A stretch of DNA of 64,000 nt from Pirellulales bacterium (GTDB taxonomy: Bacteria > Planctomycetota > Planctomycetia > Pirellulales > DATAWG01). Below, one piece after another: positions 9,501 to 17,310 of this stretch. The notes under the pieces are model-generated. The model was not told where the DNA came from and did no database searches. It saw only the letters and a list, made by a program, of their open reading frames with translations. A program made the translations under genes and the position numbers. The stretch is from the NCBI GenBank assembly GCA_038210495.1, contig JBBQWR010000013.1, positions 15,310-79,309 on the forward strand, written 5' to 3'. Numbering within the stretch: the first letter of the stretch is position 1; each line of letters opens with the position of its first letter.

Positions 9501-10778
9501 ATGAAGGTTTTGCAGTTGGCCGTTGCCGGCGTCGTGATTGCCGTGCTTTCCGCTCCGGTGCTCGCTCAACAAAACGGCTATGGCTATCCCGCCGGGCAAA
9601 TGTCGCCCTACGCCGGCGCCCAACGGGGCAACCCGCAGATGACGCCGGGTGGTTATCCGCCCGCAATGCAGGGCTATCCGCAAGCCGGCTATCCGCAAGC
9701 GGCGCCGGGACAAATGACGGCTGGCGAAATCCAGCAAGCCATGTACGGTCCACCTGGCCCACTAAGTGCTGGACCGATGCCGATGGACGGCAGCGCCGGC
9801 TACGGTCCAGGTGGTTGTGGACCCGGCGGCTGCGGACAGGGCGGAGGCGGTCAGGGTGGCTGCGGGCAAGGTGGCTGCGGCCCTGGCGCCCAATGCTACG
9901 ACGACGGCGCCACGCATTACATCTACGGCTCGGCCGAGTTGTTTTACGCCCGCCGGACTAATCAAGCGGTCAATCAAGCCCTCGTCGTCGACGCGGCTAC
10001 GCAAACGACGACCATTGTTTCGGCCGGCGATTTGGGTTTTCGCTATGAGCCGGGCGTTAAGGCCACGGCGGGTTATTTCTTCTCCGCCGGTTATGGGGTC
10101 GAGGGAACTTATTTCGGCCAGTTCGATCACAATACGACCGTCAGCGCGACCAGTCCCACGCCCTCGCTCTCGTTGCCAGGCGTTTTCGGGGCCGGTTCGA
10201 CCGACTTCACCGCCGTCGGGGCCATCTCAACCAATTACACCAGTCGAGTACATAACGCCGAAATCAATTTCATCATCCCTTACGGCAGCTTTCAGTACCT
10301 GATCGGCAGCCGATATTTGGAATTGGATGAAAAGCTCGACATCAACGGCACGGATTCGCTCGGCGGAACGTCGGGCGATTATGTAATTACGACCGCGAAC
10401 CATTTATACGGCGGCCAGCTCGGAGCCCGGGGTCAGTGGGAAATCGGCCGATTCATCTTCGACGCTGAAACGAAGGCCGGCGTGTACGCCAATTCGGCAA
10501 ATACGCATCAGAACATTACCGACGCCGGCGTCACCGCGCGGGATGTCGGCGCCCAGGAACGGCAAGTCGCCTTCGTCGGTGAAGTCGCCGTCTACGGGCT
10601 GATTCCGCTGGGCTCGAACTTCACTGCCCGGCTCGGTTACACCGGCATCTGGATCACCGACTTGGCCCTCGCGCCTGACCAATTCGACACCAGCACGGTA
10701 GCCGGCGCCTCGGCGATTTCGATGCGCGGCGCGACGATTATTCACGGCTTCAACGCCGGTATGGAATTCCGTTGGTAA
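9501..10778 (+). CDS. BBP7-family outer-membrane beta-barrel protein
   Basis: Start taken at the internal ATG (MKVLQLAVAGVVIAVLSAPVLAQQ signal peptide). A low-complexity P/Q/G/Y region and a Gly-Cys repeat come first. These are followed by alternating beta-strand-like sequence ending in …GFNAGMEFRW (C-terminal aromatic). Confidence 0.7.
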   Translation: MKVLQLAVAGVVIAVLSAPVLAQQNGYGYPAGQMSPYAGAQRGNPQMTPGGYPPAMQGYPQAGYPQAAPGQMTAGEIQQAMYGPPGPLSAGPMPMDGSAGYGPGGCGPGGCGQGGGGQGGCGQGGCGPGAQCYDDGATHYIYGSAELFYARRTNQAVNQALVVDAATQTTTIVSAGDLGFRYEPGVKATAGYFFSAGYGVEGTYFGQFDHNTTVSATSPTPSLSLPGVFGAGSTDFTAVGAISTNYTSRVHNAEINFIIPYGSFQYLIGSRYLELDEKLDINGTDSLGGTSGDYVITTANHLYGGQLGARGQWEIGRFIFDAETKAGVYANSANTHQNITDAGVTARDVGAQERQVAFVGEVAVYGLIPLGSNFTARLGYTGIWITDLALAPDQFDTSTVAGASAISMRGATIIHGFNAGMEFRW

Positions 10779-10781
10779 AAA

Positions 10782-13700
10782 TCAGGCCCGGGGCGCCGAT
10801 TTGACGTCGGCGGTCGCGGCGATTTGAGTTAAACGATCGCCGGCCCAAGCCAGCCAATCGGAACTTGGCCACGCATACGGACGGAATTTTTCCGCGCGGC
10901 CTTCTTCTTCGTTGTAATATAGCGCCAAATGCGGGCCGAGCTTGCCGGCGAGCGGCGTGTCGATCAGTTGGCTGGAGTCGGCGCCGCTCATCTGAAACAG
11001 CACGCGGAGATCGAACTCCCGAAGACCTTGGCGGTCGACGGTGCGGTTCAGATTGTTCAGCGTATCGCACCAGGTGATCGTGTAGACGCCCACCGCCGGT
11101 CCTTCTCGTAGGATATCGCTGAACTGCACTCCCGGGCTGACGGCCTTCGCCTCAGTACCAAACGAATAGCCGAATTCTTCTCCCTTGCGCAGATCTCGGA
11201 ACCGGCCGAGATCGTAGATGAATAAGTAAATCGCCGGCGCGTCGGCGTGATCGGTTGCTTGACGACGCTGGACTTCGGCCGCGATTTCGGCGATGACCTG
11301 GGGCACATCGCGACGGCCGGCGACACGAACCGGATGCGGAATGGTCGCAGCCAGCTCGGCCAGTGTCGGCCCCGGACGATCAGCGGCCCGCGTCGGTTCG
11401 AGCAGATAGAACCGGGCCTCGGACGTGAGCGCGTGACCACCATGCGAGCCATTGCCGTTGGTCGCGGCCGGTCGGTCATCGTCGTAGTCCGAATCGTGAG
11501 ACGCCTCGGGGCCAGCGCCGTTCGCCTGCGCCATGTTTCCGAGCGGGATGCCCGCCAGCGGCGATCCCAGCGACAATGAGCCGAGACCGCGCTCTGGTTC
11601 GGGCGGAGGCGGCGCGGGCAGCTTCCCTCTGGCGGGCAGCCGTTGGGCCGCAAGACTGAGCATGGCCGTGGCCAAGATCGCCCGGGCCGCCTCGTCGCGC
11701 TGGCCAATGATCAACAGATTACAACCATTTTGCGGACGGAACACGGCCGCAGTGGGATCCTTGATCGCGATCGCCTCGCCCATCCAGGCCGCCGGATCGC
11801 GGGGACCGCTGGGCAGCGAATCCGCCGAGAGCAGGGCGTGCAACAGTCGGTTCCGCGAGATGTCGGCTGGGACGTTGCCCTCGAACACGATTTGCTTCGG
11901 AACGAACGGCGGCACGCTGGCCATCGCCCGCTGGTGCAAGTCCTTCAAGTAAACCTCGCGCCGCTCGTCGGAAAGCCAAACGACTTGGAATGGGTTGTTG
12001 CCGATCACCATGCCGTTGGCGTCGTTGTAGATCGCCTCACCCGGCCGGGACAACAATCGGGCCGCCGAATTATCCTCGCTGAGGATCAAGTGGGCGTCGT
12101 TCTCGCTGCATTGCAGGGCGATGCGGACCGCCATCTGGCCGATCGTGCTTCGCGCCAAGCTGTAGGCGCCCCCAAGCGTCTGCGACCCGAGCATCACGTG
12201 AATGCCGAACGCGCGACCTTGCCGAACCAATCGATCGAGCAACAGCGTCGCGTCTTGAGCCAGCTTGTCGTCCTCGACAAACAGCTCTTGAAATTCGTCA
12301 ACGACCAATAACACGCGCGGCATCGTCGCTCCAGGCTGAGCACTGCGGAACGAAGCCAAGTCCTGCACGCCCAGGTTGCGAAACACATCGCCGCGGCGCT
12401 TCAGCTCCGCGTCCAAGCTTTGCAGCACGCTGATGCCGAACTCTCGCTCGCTTTCGATCGCGATGACCCGCGCGTGCGGCAATTCGTGGGTGGCATAAGT
12501 TTTGAACTCCACCCCCTTTTTGAAGTCGATCAGATACAACTCGATCTCGGCCGGGCTATAGGTCAGCGCCAGATTCGTGATCAGCGCATGCAAGAGCGTC
12601 GATTTGCCGGAGCCGGTTTTGCCGGCCACGAGCACGTGCTGCGAGGTACCATGCCCCAGCCGCAGATGCTGGAGCTTTGTGGCGCCCGCTCGGCCCAGCG
12701 GCACGTCGATGCCGTGCGAAGTGCTGCCCGCCCACCACTTGTCGTCGGCCGGCGCGATATACTCGAACGGGACTTGCACGCGGCGCGAGTCCTTCGCGTT
12801 CTCGCCCACGAGTTGGACGATCTGCGTGAATCGCTCCTCCGGCGGCGGAGTGTCGACCGTCAGTGGATATTTGCCCAAGTCGGGCTGCTTCCATTTGAAC
12901 GATTGCGCCTTGGCGTCCCACGTGAGATTTGTGCTATGGGCCTCGATGTCCTTCATGTCGAAACGCATCGGCAGCGGCTGACCGCTGTCGGTCGTCATCA
13001 GCACATACACTCCGCAGCGAGCCCCGCTGGCCGCGATGCTCGTCAGCCGACGGGCGGCGGATTCGGTGAAATTGACCGGAAAATTGGCGACGACCAAGAT
13101 ACGAAACGCCTCGGCCACTTCTCCCGCGAACACGTTGTATTCGGCGATCGATTGAAAATCGTTTCGCAAATACTTCTGGATCACGTTCTCCATCTGCTCG
13201 GTCAGATCGGCCAGCCGGGCTTCGATGTGCTGCGGCTCCGTCCAGATGCGATTGGTCACCAGCACGTCGTCGAAGTCGGCCAGATGCATGAAGCCGGCGA
13301 AGTTTTCGCCCAGCCCGACCGGATCGATAATCGTGTATCGCAGCTTGCCCGGCGGAATCGTCGCCAGCATCCGAAGCATGACCGATTGCAGGACTTGGAC
13401 GGCGGCGGCGCGCCCTTCGCCGGCGGCTTGAATCAAGAGCGACGCATTGTGCGGAAAAGGCAACAGCGCGGGCAGCGACAGCTCCGTCGGTCCCGGCGGC
13501 TGCAAACGCGCATCGCTCGAAATGCCGCCGCGAATCTGGTCCAGCCGAATCGTGGTGTCGCCGAACCGAATGGCCGGCGGCGGAATATCGGGCGGCGTCC
13601 AGGCTTGCCACCCCGGGCCATCCCAATCGGGAAAATATTTCTCGCTTTCGGCGGTCATCTCGGCCAGCACGGCATAAACCTGCTGCATGCCGGAGCGATA

Positions 13701-14918
13701 GTCCTGTTCGAGCGTGGCCCACTCGCTTTCGTGACGTTGACGGCTTTCCTTAAGCGATCGATCGTAGCGCGACTGCGCGTCGGCCGATTCTCGCTCGAAG
13801 CGCGTGCGGCGCTCGGCCAGCAGACCGGGATACTTTTCGTTCGAATCGCGTAGCATCGATTCACGACGAGCCACCAGATTGGCCTCGCGGCGGTGAAATG
13901 CGTCGTCGGCCTCGGTCAAGGTCCCGTCTCGATCGCTGATAATCTCGTTCATTCGCGTGAGCTGCCGCTCCTTGGCCTTGCGAATGTCTCGCCGGTGCCG
14001 TTTGGCCATTTTGGCCCATTGGGCTTCGTAATAAGCTTTCGCGTCGACCTGACATTGCTCTTTGAGAACGTCGCCGTCGGCCAGCGCTCGGCGAATCGCG
14101 GCGCACTTGGCGGCCGCTTGCGAGAACGCCCGGTGGTGCAGCCACAGCAATGCCGCGATGATCGCGACGGCCGACGACGCGACGCCGACGCCTAACTTGA
14201 GCCAAATGCTCGGCGCCAACAGAGCCGACATCGTCATCGCGAGCACGAAAATGGCCACGCCGATCAGCTGCGGACGGATGTCGATGAATAGCTTGGGCGC
14301 GACGAGGCGCTGCAGCTGGTCGAGCTCAACGATCGCCCGATCGGCGCACCGCGGGAATGCGCTAAACGGATCGCCGGCCGCGTCGACCGGCCGATCTTCG
14401 ATGGGCTGAGCTTCCCACGCCGCGTGCAGCCGGCACTTGTCGAGATACTGCCAAGTCAGGTCGACGATTTTGTTGAGCGACGCCGTTGTGCCGGCGACCT
14501 TGGCCTGAACCCGCTCGAATTGCTCGAGCAGGCCGGGATGGGCCGCCTCGAACACGGTCGTCGCCTGCCAGGTGTCCTGATCGAGTTGTTTGTTCGCTTC
14601 TTGTTCGCGATCGCTGTACTTCTCCTGCACGCGCTCGCGGGCTTCTTCGAGTTCCGCGGCGGCCGTGGCGTGTTGGCTTTGATAATCGTCGTTTGGGCTC
14701 GAGAGGGCCGCGTCGAATTGACGTTGTAACTCGGCGAGTTCGGCTTGGAACGACTTGGCCACCTGCTCGCGAGTGACGCGAAATTCGCGCTCGATCGTCT
14801 CCGTGCGATCGGCGAGCTCTTTATGAACGCGTTTTTCGGCGGCCTCGCGCTCGGCGGCCAAGCGGTGCAGATCGGCGAGCAGATTTCGCTGGTGCTCGAG
14901 CGATAGAAGACTAGTCAT
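10782..14918 (-). CDS. membrane-anchored FtsK/SpoIIIE-family ATPase with three P-loop modules (EssC/EccC-like)
   Basis: 1378 aa. Residues 1-215 are coiled-coil and two TM helices lie at about 216-262. The canonical Walker A GKTGSGKS is at nt 12600-12623 and Walker B LLVVDEF at nt 12291-12311. Flanking FtsK-like modules have degenerate P-loops (AAGEGRAAAV, IIGQRDEAARA). Confidence 0.85.
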   Translation of the reverse strand: MTSLLSLEHQRNLLADLHRLAAEREAAEKRVHKELADRTETIEREFRVTREQVAKSFQAELAELQRQFDAALSSPNDDYQSQHATAAAELEEARERVQEKYSDREQEANKQLDQDTWQATTVFEAAHPGLLEQFERVQAKVAGTTASLNKIVDLTWQYLDKCRLHAAWEAQPIEDRPVDAAGDPFSAFPRCADRAIVELDQLQRLVAPKLFIDIRPQLIGVAIFVLAMTMSALLAPSIWLKLGVGVASSAVAIIAALLWLHHRAFSQAAAKCAAIRRALADGDVLKEQCQVDAKAYYEAQWAKMAKRHRRDIRKAKERQLTRMNEIISDRDGTLTEADDAFHRREANLVARRESMLRDSNEKYPGLLAERRTRFERESADAQSRYDRSLKESRQRHESEWATLEQDYRSGMQQVYAVLAEMTAESEKYFPDWDGPGWQAWTPPDIPPPAIRFGDTTIRLDQIRGGISSDARLQPPGPTELSLPALLPFPHNASLLIQAAGEGRAAAVQVLQSVMLRMLATIPPGKLRYTIIDPVGLGENFAGFMHLADFDDVLVTNRIWTEPQHIEARLADLTEQMENVIQKYLRNDFQSIAEYNVFAGEVAEAFRILVVANFPVNFTESAARRLTSIAASGARCGVYVLMTTDSGQPLPMRFDMKDIEAHSTNLTWDAKAQSFKWKQPDLGKYPLTVDTPPPEERFTQIVQLVGENAKDSRRVQVPFEYIAPADDKWWAGSTSHGIDVPLGRAGATKLQHLRLGHGTSQHVLVAGKTGSGKSTLLHALITNLALTYSPAEIELYLIDFKKGVEFKTYATHELPHARVIAIESEREFGISVLQSLDAELKRRGDVFRNLGVQDLASFRSAQPGATMPRVLLVVDEFQELFVEDDKLAQDATLLLDRLVRQGRAFGIHVMLGSQTLGGAYSLARSTIGQMAVRIALQCSENDAHLILSEDNSAARLLSRPGEAIYNDANGMVIGNNPFQVVWLSDERREVYLKDLHQRAMASVPPFVPKQIVFEGNVPADISRNRLLHALLSADSLPSGPRDPAAWMGEAIAIKDPTAAVFRPQNGCNLLIIGQRDEAARAILATAMLSLAAQRLPARGKLPAPPPPEPERGLGSLSLGSPLAGIPLGNMAQANGAGPEASHDSDYDDDRPAATNGNGSHGGHALTSEARFYLLEPTRAADRPGPTLAELAATIPHPVRVAGRRDVPQVIAEIAAEVQRRQATDHADAPAIYLFIYDLGRFRDLRKGEEFGYSFGTEAKAVSPGVQFSDILREGPAVGVYTITWCDTLNNLNRTVDRQGLREFDLRVLFQMSGADSSQLIDTPLAGKLGPHLALYYNEEEGRAEKFRPYAWPSSDWLAWAGDRLTQIAATADVKSAPRA

Positions 14919-14963
14919 GCGACAAAAATGAACCGTTTGTGCCCCAATTTAAAAACTTCATCG

Positions 14964-15185
14964 TCAATTGCAATCTCGCTGCGCCCGTTCGAGGACGTCG
15001 GCCAAGCGGGAAATCGCGTCGAGGGTCAGATGCACCTTCGGCTCGAGCGGCGCGAGATGGTCCTCTTCGAACCGGCGGCTGGCCACGTCTTGCCACTGGT
15101 CCTTCGTTTCCTGCCAATGCAGCATTAGGTTCTTAAGCGACTCGGAGAGCTTGGTCGCGCCCGAGACGAGATCGCCGGCAATCAT
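14964..15185 (-). CDS. small helical protein, WXG100-like (WxD variant)
   Basis: 73 aa. The motif WQDVASRRFEED parallels WRDQEQKKFLED of the 90-aa protein upstream. Its ATG overlaps the stop of the preceding gene (ATGA). Confidence 0.5.
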   Translation of the reverse strand: MIAGDLVSGATKLSESLKNLMLHWQETKDQWQDVASRRFEEDHLAPLEPKVHLTLDAISRLADVLERAQRDCN

Positions 15186-15895
15186 GAGGGGGCCTCCGAG
15201 ACGTGCGGCGCCGCGACTTCCAAAGTGGATGTCTCGCTTACGACAGGATCCGAATTCTCGTCCGGCGCTATCGGCTTCTCGGCGCTGTCCGCGGGATCGC
15301 TATCGGTCGGAATCCTGTCTGACGGATTGGCCATCGAGCGACATTCCTCGGCGCGATCGATATGCGATTGCGACATGGCGCGCGGAGCGATCGTCGAAAA
15401 ATACGTATCCAGAGCCGCCAGGATCCGATCCATTGAGGCCATCGCTTTGGGCAGATCGCCGTCGAGCAGGGCGGCGAACTGCGACATCCGGCCGATGTAT
15501 TCGTTCAACTCGTGTTGCACGGCGCGGGTCCATTTTTTCACCGCCTCGGCCTTTTGCTCGGCGAGCTTGAGCCGGTCCTGAGCGCGCTGCAAGGCTTTCT
15601 GCTCGTCGATGCACGAAGGCGTGTAGCCGTCCATGCCTTTGAACGTCCGGGCGTTGTGCAAGTCGTCGCGAGCCCGCGCTACGGCTTCCATGGCCCGGCG
15701 AATTTCGCTTCGCCAAAATTGAGCCCGATCGACGGCGATGTAGTCGTAAGCCCGGCGGATTTCGACTTCGAGGCCGATGACCCCTTTTTTCGACTCGGCG
15801 ACATAGCTCGCCAGCGCGCCGCGAAAATCCTGCAAGGCGGCCAGAGAATGAACGTGGGCTTTTTCGTGCATAATTGCCGCGACAATGGCCGCCAA
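15182..15895 (-). CDS. helical protein of unknown function (possible secretion-system substrate or adaptor)
   Basis: 237 aa with a TTG start preceded by GAGG. The N-terminal helical region contains FWRSEIRRAM (same W..+8 hydrophobic spacing). The C-terminal tail is acidic and Pro/Ser-rich. Confidence 0.5.
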   Translation of the reverse strand: MAAIVAAIMHEKAHVHSLAALQDFRGALASYVAESKKGVIGLEVEIRRAYDYIAVDRAQFWRSEIRRAMEAVARARDDLHNARTFKGMDGYTPSCIDEQKALQRAQDRLKLAEQKAEAVKKWTRAVQHELNEYIGRMSQFAALLDGDLPKAMASMDRILAALDTYFSTIAPRAMSQSHIDRAEECRSMANPSDRIPTDSDPADSAEKPIAPDENSDPVVSETSTLEVAAPHVSEAPS

Positions 15896-15932
15896 GGGCT
15901 CGCCTCGTTCCTCGTAACTCCCGACTTCCCCC

Positions 15933-16205
15933 CTACCGCTGCTGGAGATATTCCTCCGCGCGTTCGGCTTTGCGAATCAAGTACGGGACATACTGATCGG
16001 TCGACTCGACGAATCGACGCAGCACTTGAATTTGCTGCTCGAAGTCCTCGAGGAATTTCTTTTGTTCTTGATCGCGCCAGGTGGACCCCAAGCCGGCGAC
16101 CTGCCGCTGGACCACCGCCATTTGGTTAAGCAGTTCGCCCGTGAACTGCTTCAGATTGTGAGCGAAACGACGGACTTCGCCCGGATCGACAATTGCCTGC
16201 GACAT
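15933..16205 (-). CDS. WXG100-family-like protein (90 aa)
   Basis: Internal ATG at 16205 of track ORF 15933..16625. The sequence is MSQAIVDPGEVRRFAHNLKQFTGELLNQMAVVQRQVAGLGSTWRDQEQKKFLEDFEQQ…. Size, two-helix layout and the W(+8)F spacing match the WEGASSEAF hairpin of B. subtilis YukE (recalled from memory). Confidence 0.6.
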   Translation of the reverse strand: MSQAIVDPGEVRRFAHNLKQFTGELLNQMAVVQRQVAGLGSTWRDQEQKKFLEDFEQQIQVLRRFVESTDQYVPYLIRKAERAEEYLQQR

Positions 16206-16554
16206 GCCTGCATTCTCCGGCCTGTGAAATGATTCGTTGGGCTCTTTCGCCGGGTGAGCCGCTATTCTCATCATAACCGCTGGCCGGGCGGGGAGGAGAT
16301 AGGCGGGAAAGATTTCAGGCGGGCCGAGGGAGGGTGTGTATGCGTCGCGTGGCCGGGGTTGGATGAATGAGAACGCATCGGGTGGCCGGGGCTGGAGGCG
16401 CTTCGCCGAAGGCCCGGTTGCGCGATCGAAAAATAATCCCGACCGCTGTTTTGCCGTAGCGGAAAGGGGTGGAAGTCGAGATATGTGGACCGCTCGTAGG
16501 GCGGCGAGTTGTGTGATTTCGCGAAAGATTCCCGACTCCGAAGCAAGGCTCCTG

Positions 16555-17259
16555 TTATCTGAGTCCCTCGAACAACGCCGAACCGACTCGCACGATCGTG
16601 GCGCCTTCTTCGATCGCGACTTCAAAATCGCCGCTCATTCCCATCGAAAGTTCGCGAAACGAGATGTTCGGCGGCGCCGTTTGGCTGAGGCGATCGCGCA
16701 GCTCTCGCAGTTGGCTGAATTCTCGCCGGGCGTCGCCCAAATTTCCCTCTCGACCGGCCATCGTCATGAGTCCTTGCACGTCGACGTGCTTGAATTTGGC
16801 AATCTGCGTTAGGTTGGCGGCCATCTCATCCGGCTTGAATCCATGCTTCGTCTGGTCTCCGGAGATATTGACCTCCAGCAGAATCGGCGCCGCTTGGCCC
16901 AAGACTGCGGCGGCCGTGTCGATGGCGACGATCAGTCGCAAGCTATCGGCCGAATGAATCAGCGAGACAAGCGGCAGGGTTTGCTCGATCTTGTTCCGCT
17001 GTAGATGGCCGATCAAGTGCCACTGGATTGGTAGCGCCTGAAGCGAGTGCGCCTTGCTCCAAAGCTCTTGCGGCCGGGCCTCGCCGAGGTGGATGTTTCC
17101 GCTAAAATCAAGCACGCGGGCCAGTTCGCCAGCCACCTGCGAGTCGACATACTTGGTGACCGCCACGAGCGTGACGGCATCCGCCGGGTGCCCACTGCGT
17201 GCCGCGGCCGCGGCGATTTGTTCTCGGACCCGGGCGACATTGTCTTCCAATCGCGACAT
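16555..17259 (-). CDS. yggS: YggS-family pyridoxal-phosphate homeostasis protein
   Basis: 234 aa. [10 protein letters not shown] (PLP lysine), [38 protein letters not shown]-like C-terminus. Confidence 0.85.
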   Translation of the reverse strand: [234 protein letters not shown]

Positions 17260-17310
17260 CGGTTCACGGTCAGGTTGGCAATCGAAGTCGCTCGTTGGGC
17301 GGCGCGCGCC

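Noticed and set aside
9501-10778. BBP7 beta-barrel as the outer-membrane conduit of the T7SS-like system
   Set aside because: It is only adjacent and convergent (stops 3 nt apart), so it is not co-transcribed. BBP7 paralogs are numerous in planctomycetes. There is no evidence beyond proximity.
12420-13853. 477-aa ORF on the + strand inside the FtsK/SpoIIIE gene (also 11643-12311, 13893-14195, 14062-14409)
   Set aside because: These are shadow ORFs typical of high-GC DNA. The - strand frame carries perfect Walker A and B motifs and runs uninterrupted for 1378 codons.
10782-14918. Interpreting the 1378-aa ATPase as the cell-division DNA translocase FtsK
   Set aside because: It has only two TM helices preceded by a coiled coil, three tandem P-loop modules, no recognisable C-terminal gamma/KOPS-binding domain, and WXG100-like genes upstream. 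The interpretation was not excluded by computation.
15933-16625. Full 230-aa version of the WXG100-like ORF
   Set aside because: The N-terminal 140 residues are Pro/Arg/Ser-rich junk that overlaps the end of yggS. The internal Met gives a 90-aa protein of canonical WXG100 size starting MSQAIVDPGEV.
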